Shown in pieces: positions 31,236 through 38,603 of a DNA stretch of 64,000 nt. The number at the start of each line of letters is the position of its first letter. Position 1 is the stretch's first letter. Source of the DNA: an uncultured Fidelibacterota bacterium. Its GTDB lineage: Bacteria > Fidelibacterota > Marinisomatia > Marinisomatales > UBA8229. A program made the translations under genes and the position numbers. A model generated the notes under the pieces. It was given only the letters and a program-made list of their open reading frames with translations, was not told the origin of the DNA and searched no databases. Location: positions 9,339 to 73,338 of the forward strand of contig CAJXJG010000001.1 of the NCBI GenBank assembly GCA_913054425.1, written 5' to 3'.

Positions 31236-31284
31236 TTAATTATATGCCACTAAAACACAAAGGAAACAAAAGATAAAAAGCTTT

Positions 31285-31482
31285 TTATGTACACCTCAAG
31301 TCAATGCGATTATTTAATTTTACATGGATATAAATAATGATAAATATCATTCTTAATGCGGGTCCAAAAACCACACCCCTTGCAATCTCCATATTGCCGA
31401 AGGCAGTACCAGGTGAAATACCCATTCCGCTCCCCATAGCAAGACCCAAGCAAATTGGAACATTCTTTTTATCTTCATTCAT
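31285..31482 (-). CDS. possible small glycine-zipper membrane protein (65 aa)
   Basis: The internal Met at 31482 lies 4 nt after the purF stop. It contains GLAMGSGMGISPGTAFG followed by a hydrophobic tail. This is the only ORF filling the 251-nt purF-purD gap, and there is no homology support. Confidence 0.3.
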   Translation of the reverse strand: MNEDKKNVPICLGLAMGSGMGISPGTAFGNMEIARGVVFGPALRMIFIIIYIHVKLNNRIDLRCT

Positions 31483-31486
31483 CAGC

Positions 31487-32962
31487 CTAACCACAATTCC
31501 GGTCATTCGTCCGTATTGTTCCCATTTCTACAATTTTAGCTTCATCAATATCATTAGCCACATAGTTTCCATCCAAACATGCCATGCAGGGTGTATCAAT
31601 GTGGTGGTCCCCTTTCCGTGTAACGGCTTCAACTAAATCGTCAATTTTCTGATAAAGGAGCGCATCAACTTTCAGGTGATCCTGGATTTCATCTTCCGTT
31701 ATATTTCCTGCGATGAGCTCACTTTTTGTGGGCATATCAACACCATAAAAACAGGGAAATTTTACAGGTGGACACGCTACCGCAAAATAAACCTCTTTTG
31801 CACCAAAGTCTTTAAGCATCCGGACAATTTCTCGACTCGTATTTCCACGGACAATACTGTCATCCATAATCATCACTTTTTTATCACGGATTTCTGTTTC
31901 TTGGGGCACCAGTTTATATTTTACCGATTTCTTCCGCTCCGCTTGCCCTGTCATAATAAATGTTCGTCCAATAAAAGTGTTTTTATATAATCCTTCCGAA
32001 TATCGCACACCCAACTCATGAGCAAAAGAAAGAGCAGACGTGTTGGCTGTGCTGGGTGCGGGAATCACAATATCTGGAATGATGTCAGGATATTTTTTCT
32101 TCCAGGCATCCGCCAGATTTTGCCCCATTCGCAATCGCGAGCGATATACACTTACGTCGTTCAAGGTGGCATCCGGCCGAGAAAAGTAAACATATTCAAA
32201 AATGCAGGGGTTGAATTTTTTTTTCGCCAGACGCTTGCTAAAGACCCTGCCATCTTCATCCACATAAATAAGTTCACCTGGAAGCACAGTTCCTTTTGGT
32301 TCAAATCCCATAGAATAAAACATGGTGTTTTCCGACGCAAAAATATAATCTTTTCCACCGTTTCCATTGGATCTCTCACCTTTTACAAGGGGACGAATTC
32401 CCTGTGGATCGCGAAAAACAACAAGCCCTTTTCCGATCACAAGGCTCACCACAGAATATGCGCCATTCACCCGTTTAAAAATTTTGGTAACCGCATTACA
32501 CAATAGATAAAAAAATTCTTCACTATCTTCAGGTGGGTTATTGGTGTGCAGCAAATCCGCGAAAAAATGAAGCAACACTTCTGAATCGGACGTGGTGTTT
32601 AAATAGCGGCTATTTTTTTGGGTAATTTCTTCCGCAAGGCTTTGGTAGTTGGTAAGGTTTCCATTATGTGCCAAAGCGATACCGTAAGGAACAGACGTCC
32701 AAAACGGCTGTATTTCGCCATGACTAAAACCGCCGTGGGTGGGATATCGATTATGAGAAATTCCAATATTTCCTGTAAGCAATTCCATGTTGGTATCATT
32801 GAACACTTCTTTCGCAAGGCCCATCCCTTTTTCTTTATGCATGCGATCATCGTAGGTCATAATCCCGGCAGCATCTTGCCCACGATGTTGCAGATGAATG
32901 ATACTGTCGTAAAGTTCTGTTGCTACAGGTTTATGAGAGTAAATACCGGCGATACCACACAT
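31487..32962 (-). CDS. purF: amidophosphoribosyltransferase
   Basis: MCGIAGIY N-terminal nucleophile and a PRTase motif (VMIMDDSIVRGNTS). The C-terminal cysteines (CFYGVD...PCMACLDG) are compatible with the Fe-S type. Confidence 0.96.
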   Translation of the reverse strand: MCGIAGIYSHKPVATELYDSIIHLQHRGQDAAGIMTYDDRMHKEKGMGLAKEVFNDTNMELLTGNIGISHNRYPTHGGFSHGEIQPFWTSVPYGIALAHNGNLTNYQSLAEEITQKNSRYLNTTSDSEVLLHFFADLLHTNNPPEDSEEFFYLLCNAVTKIFKRVNGAYSVVSLVIGKGLVVFRDPQGIRPLVKGERSNGNGGKDYIFASENTMFYSMGFEPKGTVLPGELIYVDEDGRVFSKRLAKKKFNPCIFEYVYFSRPDATLNDVSVYRSRLRMGQNLADAWKKKYPDIIPDIVIPAPSTANTSALSFAHELGVRYSEGLYKNTFIGRTFIMTGQAERKKSVKYKLVPQETEIRDKKVMIMDDSIVRGNTSREIVRMLKDFGAKEVYFAVACPPVKFPCFYGVDMPTKSELIAGNITEDEIQDHLKVDALLYQKIDDLVEAVTRKGDHHIDTPCMACLDGNYVANDIDEAKIVEMGTIRTNDRNCG

Positions 32963-34305
32963 TAGATTAGATCCACCAATTTTGAAGAAAGACCACTATA
33001 GTTTTCGGGCGTTAGACTCAAAAGCGCACGCTTATTTTCATCAGAAATCTTTAATCCAGAGACAAATTCATCCATAGACTCTGCATTAATGGTCTCCCCG
33101 TGAGTTAACTCTTTCAATTGCTCGTAAGCATCTGTTTTCCCCGATTTCCGTAAGATGGTTTGGACTGCTTCCGCCAACACTTCCCAATGATTGTTTAGTT
33201 CTGCAGACATATTCATTTTATTGATAGTGATTCGGCTTAAGCCTTTTAATATATTTTTTAATGCCAAGAAAGAATGTCCCAGGGCCACGCCTTGGTTTCG
33301 CAGAGTTGTGGAGTCGGTGAGATCCCGTTGCATTCGGGAAACAGGTAATTTTACGGCAAGATGATTCAGCAAAGCATTGGCGATCCCCATGTTCCCTTCC
33401 GCATTTTCAAAGTGGATTGGATTAATTTTATGGGGCATTGCTGATGAGCCAACTTCCCCGACCACTTTCTTTTGTCCCAGAATGGCGCGACTAATATAAG
33501 ACCACATATCTCGACACAAATCCGTTAAAATTGAATTTACCCGAACCACCTGATGGAGACTTTCTGCTAGTGAATCGTGGGGTTCAATTTGTGTCGTAAT
33601 TAAGTTGGGCTTGAGCCCCAGTTTATTAATGAATCGTTTAGAGAAGTTTAACCAATTCACTTTTGGATAAGCCACTATCTGGGCAGACCAGGTTCCGGTT
33701 GCGCCGCCAAATTTTCCTAATAACTTGTGAACTTTAATTTGAGAAATTTGTCTATCAAGTCGCGAATAAAACACAGCTAATTCTTTTCCAAATGTTGTGG
33801 GTGTTGCGGGTTGACCATGGGTCAGGGTAAGCATAGATCTGTTTTTATGTTTTCGGGCTAATTTTTTTAATTCTTTATTTAAAGAAAGTAGCATTGGTAG
33901 ATAAACCTGTTTTAGTCCGTCTTGCCACATGAGTGAATAGGACAAATTATTAACATCTTCAGACGTGAGCGCAAAGTGAATCCAGGGATGAAGTGCCTTT
34001 TCCACCTTTCCTTGAATGTAATACTCAATCGCTTTTACATCATGGTTTGTAGTGGCTTCAATTTCTTTTACCTTTTCCCCTCCGGCCGAATTAAAGTTTT
34101 CATAGATTTTACGTAAGTGGGATTGTTCATTTTTGCTAAATGGCAAAAGTTCTTTGATTCCTTTTTCCTTGCCCATTGCTATGAGATATTCAATCTCCAC
34201 TTTCAAGCGGTAGCGCATGAGCGTAGATTCGCTAAAATATTTTGAAAGTTCCGCTATGCTGTTCGCATAACGACCGTCAAGTGGTGAAATTTGGTGAATC
34301 AACAT
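32962..34305 (-). CDS. purB: adenylosuccinate lyase
   Basis: SPLDGRYAN start and fumarate-lyase signature GSSAMPHKINP. 447 aa. The stop shares 1 nt with the purF ATG (TAATG). Confidence 0.95.
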   Translation of the reverse strand: MLIHQISPLDGRYANSIAELSKYFSESTLMRYRLKVEIEYLIAMGKEKGIKELLPFSKNEQSHLRKIYENFNSAGGEKVKEIEATTNHDVKAIEYYIQGKVEKALHPWIHFALTSEDVNNLSYSLMWQDGLKQVYLPMLLSLNKELKKLARKHKNRSMLTLTHGQPATPTTFGKELAVFYSRLDRQISQIKVHKLLGKFGGATGTWSAQIVAYPKVNWLNFSKRFINKLGLKPNLITTQIEPHDSLAESLHQVVRVNSILTDLCRDMWSYISRAILGQKKVVGEVGSSAMPHKINPIHFENAEGNMGIANALLNHLAVKLPVSRMQRDLTDSTTLRNQGVALGHSFLALKNILKGLSRITINKMNMSAELNNHWEVLAEAVQTILRKSGKTDAYEQLKELTHGETINAESMDEFVSGLKISDENKRALLSLTPENYSGLSSKLVDLI

Positions 34306-34763
34306 TTTTCCTTAATTGGCGCTGAGTGGGTTAATGAGAGTTTCCATTTATCATTTTTTTTGCATACAACAGACTCGGACCAATTGCTTTCAGTGTTTTT
34401 GCCGTTATCATCAAATATAGATTTTAGCCTATAGACCACAACCGCTGTTTCAGAATAGACATCAATATTTAAGAATTCAATTTCATTTGTCCGTTTTACA
34501 TCTGTTGGTGTAAACAGATATTTTATCTTGTCTTTTAAATTCCAAATATTTCCATCTTCGATTAAAATATAGTTCTTTGTAACCTTTGCTTTGTGGCCGT
34601 TTATATCAACATTTGATAACGTTTCGTAATCATCTGTTGTCAATTGAGTTATTTTAAGTGAATCAATATTAGTTTGAGAAAAAATATTTACACAGACCAA
34701 CAAACAGAGAACACAAAACACCCTGTGTGTTTTAGACTTTTTAATATTTCTTTCTTTGTGCAC
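34299..34763 (-). CDS. hypothetical secreted protein, NTF2/SnoaL-like (DUF4440-like)
   Basis: GTG start and a signal peptide (VFCVLCLLVCVNIFSQ). The C-terminal pattern TAVVVYRL ... NDKWKLSLTHSAP is typical of NTF2-like folds. It overlaps purB by 7 nt. Confidence 0.5.
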   Translation of the reverse strand: MHKERNIKKSKTHRVFCVLCLLVCVNIFSQTNIDSLKITQLTTDDYETLSNVDINGHKAKVTKNYILIEDGNIWNLKDKIKYLFTPTDVKRTNEIEFLNIDVYSETAVVVYRLKSIFDDNGKNTESNWSESVVCKKNDKWKLSLTHSAPIKEKC

Positions 34764-34778
34764 TCTGTGGCCCTGATT

Positions 34779-35165
34779 CTAAACCCCAAAGATTCTTTTT
34801 ATGGCCAACGCACAATTCTCCGGATCTAAAATAGTAAGCACGGGTGTATTGCTTGGCATTTGTAAGGTGGAATGAATATTCACCAACATATCTGTTTTAT
34901 CAGAAAAGGGCGGACAGCCAATAGTTGGGAATTCACAGTTAGCAGCTACAAACCCGGATAAAGCATTGGAACGGCCGGCGATGGTGATATAAACAATATC
35001 CTTCTCATTTTCATTGGCCGTCAAAATATCTAAAACCTTCAAGGGTTGTTTGTGGGCCGATGCTGCATGCTGTTCCCAGGCAATGCCGTATTCATCTAAT
35101 TTGTCCGTTATTTTTTTTGCGTGGGGTTCGTCAGATGTAGAACCCATTATTACAATTGTCTTCAT
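34779..35165 (-). CDS. purE: PurE, class II-type (AIR carboxylase) by motif
   Basis: MKTIVIMGSTSD start; the ORF opens at 35195, but the Met at 35165 fits the family. It has AGRSNALSG and PTIGCPP, where class I enzymes have AGGAAHLPG and PVLGVPV. Confidence 0.8.
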   Translation of the reverse strand: MKTIVIMGSTSDEPHAKKITDKLDEYGIAWEQHAASAHKQPLKVLDILTANENEKDIVYITIAGRSNALSGFVAANCEFPTIGCPPFSDKTDMLVNIHSTLQMPSNTPVLTILDPENCALAIKRIFGV

Positions 35166-35174
35166 AATTAATAA

Positions 35175-35228
35175 CCACAGGACCAAAGAGCGCACAGTGA
35201 TAATCTCGGCGCTTTTGTGTCTTCGTGG
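35175..35228 (-). repeat. purC-purE spacer: degenerate member of the CCACAGAG inverted-repeat family
   Basis: Arms CCACAGGACCAAAGAG (35175-35190) and CTTTTGTGTCTTCGTGG (35212-35228). The right arm ends 1 nt from the purC stop codon and the left arm lies 9 nt from the purE ATG. Confidence 0.5.
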
Positions 35229-35229
35229 T

Positions 35230-36216
35230 TTACAGAACTCCTTTTAAGTTTTCATTAATTCGGTCATTCATAGCCTTCCCAGAATCAGGGAATGGAAACA
35301 CACCGCCCGTAATGGTTTCGTATAAATAGATGTAGCGACTCGACAGTTCGGTGACTAATTCTTCCGGTGCTTTCGGCAATGTTTCATCGTTGTAGGGATC
35401 GCAATTATCTATAAACCACAGTCGTAAAAATTCTTTATCAATGTTTTGTGGTTCTTGTCCGGCTGCCATGCGTTCATCGTACGTTTTGGCTATCCAATAT
35501 CGGCTGGAATCAGGCGTGTGGATTTCATCAATAAGCATAATATTTCCACCCACATCCCTGCCCATTTCATATTTAGTGTCCACCAAAATCATGCCGTTTT
35601 CCGCAGCTTTCTTTTGTCCGAAGGTAAAAAGCGCCAACGCCTTTTTACTGCAATAATCCCAGTCTTCTTGTTTCATCCAGCCTTCGCTGACAATTTCATC
35701 TGGAGCGATGGGACGATCGTGATGCTCTTCTTTGGTGGTAGGTGTAAGCATATTGGCATCCAACTTCTGATTTTTAATCAACCCTTCAGGTAAATCATTT
35801 CCGCAATATTCTCTGTCGCCGTTATTATAAACCGTCCAAAGGGATGTGCTCGTGCTGCCTGTAATGTGTCCGCGAACCACAAATTCAATGGGGAAAACAT
35901 CACACTTTTTCGCGAGTGTTACATTGGGATCGGGTATGGAAATTATATGATTAGGAACAATATGTTTCGTTTGCTCAAACCACCACGCGCTGGTGAGATT
36001 TAACACCTGACCCTTAAATGGAATGGAAGCAAGTACGCGATCGAAAGCGCTTTGGCGATCTGTGGTAATAAGAGCCACTTTATCGCCAAAATCATACTGG
36101 TCTCTGACCTTCCCCGTGCGCTTGGATCCGCCGGGAAAAGCCGTTTCGGTTAAGGTGTTATTCAGTTCTGCCTTGATTCGGATTTTATAATGTTTAGTTG
36201 ATTCGATAGCATTCAT
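35230..36216 (-). CDS. purC: SAICAR synthetase (long form)
   Basis: GKVRDQYDF ... ITTDRQSAFDRVL ... IPFKGQVLN blocks. The ORF opens at 36273, but the Met at 36216 (MNAIEST) fits family length better. It overlaps the purQ/S 3' end. Confidence 0.88.
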   Translation of the reverse strand: MNAIESTKHYKIRIKAELNNTLTETAFPGGSKRTGKVRDQYDFGDKVALITTDRQSAFDRVLASIPFKGQVLNLTSAWWFEQTKHIVPNHIISIPDPNVTLAKKCDVFPIEFVVRGHITGSTSTSLWTVYNNGDREYCGNDLPEGLIKNQKLDANMLTPTTKEEHHDRPIAPDEIVSEGWMKQEDWDYCSKKALALFTFGQKKAAENGMILVDTKYEMGRDVGGNIMLIDEIHTPDSSRYWIAKTYDERMAAGQEPQNIDKEFLRLWFIDNCDPYNDETLPKAPEELVTELSSRYIYLYETITGGVFPFPDSGKAMNDRINENLKGVL

Positions 36217-37459
36217 GAGAAAGTGGATTGAATAATATGTGTGAGTACAAAATTTGTTTAAAAACAGTTTCAAAATTACCGCTACTAACGGTTATTGTCC
36301 ATAAAATACCCCGTTTTAATTTAGTTATTCCGACAATTTCAAATCGCTCTGTCAGGGCTTCGAGTTTCGCCCGTCCGATTATATCTTCTTTTTGTTGAAC
36401 TAATAGAGAGGCGGTGTTTTCCTCTGATACGATTTTGCCGATGAATTCTTTATTAGAATTATAGAGTTCGCCCGTTTTATCAATTTTTTGTAGGATGGAT
36501 TCTGGCTCGCCGTTCGTAGATATTTCCCAATGGGTTTGCCGAGAAATTGATACATCAAAACCTAAATGATCCAGCGCATTATGAACAGATGACGCTTCAT
36601 TATCCGTAATTATCATATCAATAATCCATTCGGTTGAATAAACGCTGGATTTATAATTTTTAACTTCATAATGGGGACGGTTAAAAGATAATGTGTGGTT
36701 GGTAACAGGGTTTCCGTTTTCGATAAAATCTTTTATGGAGGAAAAAATAGCATCCCCATTTTCCGTCCGCTCGGGGTGGGGCATCATGGCCATAACATTC
36801 CCTTGAGCATTACACGCTGCCGCTAAATTGTGCACGGATCCGTTGGGATTGGTAGGGAACTCGTCAACAATATTTCCTTCATCATCACAATAACGAAAAA
36901 CTGTTTGATTGTTAGAAATCATTTTTTCCAGCAATTCATTGGGGATAATAAATCGACCTTCACCGTGAGCCAAGGGAATATTGATAAAGTCACCAGATTT
37001 CAAATGGCGCGTAAATGCACAGCGGTGAGAAGGCGCAGACATTTGCAAATTTGCCCAGGTATTATAATAACCAACGCCAAGCACATGACCGGATTTAACT
37101 CGTTTGTTATCGGTGAGCGCAATCCCAATGCGGTGATTTTCCAACCCCGGGACGAGTCCGCTTTCTACTAAAATTTGCGCCCCATTGCAAATACCGAGAA
37201 CCGGTTTTCCTTTTTTGGCTTCAACCTTGATTTGTTTCATAATGGGATCCAATGCGGCAATCACGCCGGCCCGGGAACGGTCTTCGTATGCGAACCCACC
37301 TACAATAATATATCCATCAAAACCCGGCAATTTTTTTGGTGGCTCATTCCACAAAAATTCTACAGGATTTAACCCCACACGATGGCAGGCCATAATTGTT
37401 TCCCGCTCTGTGTTGGAACCGGGAAATTGAATGATTGCTATTTTTGCCACAAAGCTCAC
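36194..37459 (-). CDS. purQ: FGAM synthase glutaminase PurQ fused to two C-terminal PurS-like repeats
   Basis: The N-terminal ~265 aa are PurQ (IAIIQFPGSN, LGICNGAQILVESG, MMPHPER). The C-terminal ~155 aa contain two PurS-like units (NALDHLGFDV...GELYNSNKE and LEALTERFEI...ILFNPLSHECYRI). The start is the GTG at 37459 or the GTG at 37450. Confidence 0.85.
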   Translation of the reverse strand: MSFVAKIAIIQFPGSNTERETIMACHRVGLNPVEFLWNEPPKKLPGFDGYIIVGGFAYEDRSRAGVIAALDPIMKQIKVEAKKGKPVLGICNGAQILVESGLVPGLENHRIGIALTDNKRVKSGHVLGVGYYNTWANLQMSAPSHRCAFTRHLKSGDFINIPLAHGEGRFIIPNELLEKMISNNQTVFRYCDDEGNIVDEFPTNPNGSVHNLAAACNAQGNVMAMMPHPERTENGDAIFSSIKDFIENGNPVTNHTLSFNRPHYEVKNYKSSVYSTEWIIDMIITDNEASSVHNALDHLGFDVSISRQTHWEISTNGEPESILQKIDKTGELYNSNKEFIGKIVSEENTASLLVQQKEDIIGRAKLEALTERFEIVGITKLKRGILWTITVSSGNFETVFKQILYSHILFNPLSHECYRIN

Positions 37460-37509
37460 AGAGAAAACTTCCTATATATTTTTCTCTTAATACTCTGTGT
37501 GCTCTGTGG
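37447..37509 (-). repeat. purM-purQ spacer bipartite inverted repeat (17-nt arms, 29-nt AT-rich loop)
   Basis: + strand CCACAAAGCTCACAGAG (37447-37463) and CTCTGTGTGCTCTGTGG (37493-37509). 15/17 are complementary, 16/17 in RNA when one G-U is counted. This gives two helices (8+7 bp) split by a 2x2 internal loop. The repeat ends 1 nt from the purM stop and overlaps the purQ start. Confidence 0.85.
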
Positions 37510-37510
37510 C

Positions 37511-38554
37511 TTATGAAACCAAAACATGTTTTTCTCCACTTACAACAAAACCAATCTTATATACTTCTGTTAAATCTTTTAATGCATCTTTTACCGAAGC
37601 CACATCAGCAGAACCCACAATAAAAACCATACCGACTCCCATATTGAATGCGCGGAACATTTCATTTTTATCTACATCACCGATGGATTGTATTACATCA
37701 AAGACAGGAAGAGAAGGCCAGGATTCTGTTTGGATTTCAACACCACAGCTGTCCGGCAAAACTCTAGGAATATTTTCCACCAAGCCACCACCGGTGATAT
37801 GAGCGATGCCTTTTACATCAATCCCATTGTCCAAAACAGAAAAAACATGATTCGTATAATTAATGTGTGATTCCAATAAAGTAAGTCCAACTGATTTGTC
37901 CAATTCTGGAATGGAATCGTTCACGTCATATCCACCAATTTCGAAAAAGAGTTTTCGGGCGAAAGAGTAGCCGTTGGTATGAAGCCCGCTTGATGGAAGT
38001 CCCAATACAGCATCGCCAGGCTTGATATTCTCGCCCGTAATAATTTTTTCTTTTTCTACCACGCCGGTAATGATACCAACTAAATCGTATTCACCGGGAA
38101 GATAAGTGTCAGGCATTTCTGCTGTTTCTCCTCCCACCAAAGAGACGCCTGTTTCCTTGCATGCTTTCACCATCCCGGACACAATTTCTTCTACAACTTC
38201 TGGTTTTAGTTTATCGTTGGCAATATAATCCAAAAAGGTGAGTGGCCGTGCACCCATGACCAAAATATCGTTGGCGGCAGCGCTCAAAAGATCAATGCCA
38301 ATCGTATCAAATTTTCCCATTTTCCGGGCGATAATGGTTTTGGTCCCAACACCGTCAACACTCTGAACCATCACGGGGTGATCATAGTTTTCTAAAATGG
38401 GTTTAAGATCATAGAGCGACCCAAAACTCCCGATCCCCGTAAGCACATTGGATGTAAAAGTGGATTTCACGCCATCTTTGATGCGTTCCACCGCTTCATT
38501 CCCAGCCTCAATATCTACCCCGGCTGATTTGTAATCTATTTTATTTTTAGTCAT
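37511..38554 (-). CDS. purM: phosphoribosylformylglycinamidine cyclo-ligase (AIR synthetase)
   Basis: 347 aa with YKSAGVDIEAGN, DGVGTK and the typical PurM N- and C-domain blocks. Confidence 0.96.
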   Translation of the reverse strand: MTKNKIDYKSAGVDIEAGNEAVERIKDGVKSTFTSNVLTGIGSFGSLYDLKPILENYDHPVMVQSVDGVGTKTIIARKMGKFDTIGIDLLSAAANDILVMGARPLTFLDYIANDKLKPEVVEEIVSGMVKACKETGVSLVGGETAEMPDTYLPGEYDLVGIITGVVEKEKIITGENIKPGDAVLGLPSSGLHTNGYSFARKLFFEIGGYDVNDSIPELDKSVGLTLLESHINYTNHVFSVLDNGIDVKGIAHITGGGLVENIPRVLPDSCGVEIQTESWPSLPVFDVIQSIGDVDKNEMFRAFNMGVGMVFIVGSADVASVKDALKDLTEVYKIGFVVSGEKHVLVS

Positions 38555-38564
38555 TATTATTTTA

Positions 38565-38602
38565 CCAGGGAGACACGGAGTTTAAATAATAATTCTCTGT
38601 GG
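38565..38602 (-). repeat. purL-purM spacer member of the CCACAGAG family
   Basis: CCAGGGAGACACGGAG (38565-38580) lies 10 nt from the purM ATG. CTCTGTGG (38595-38602) lies 1 nt from the purL stop codon. Confidence 0.6.
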
Positions 38603-38603
38603 T

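Noticed and set aside
32018-32506. 162-aa plus-strand ORF (with neighbours 31676-31990 and 32618-32965) antisense to purF
   Set aside because: purF is unambiguous on the minus strand across this span. The antisense products have no motifs and are rich in R, K, F and I, as expected from reverse-complemented codons.
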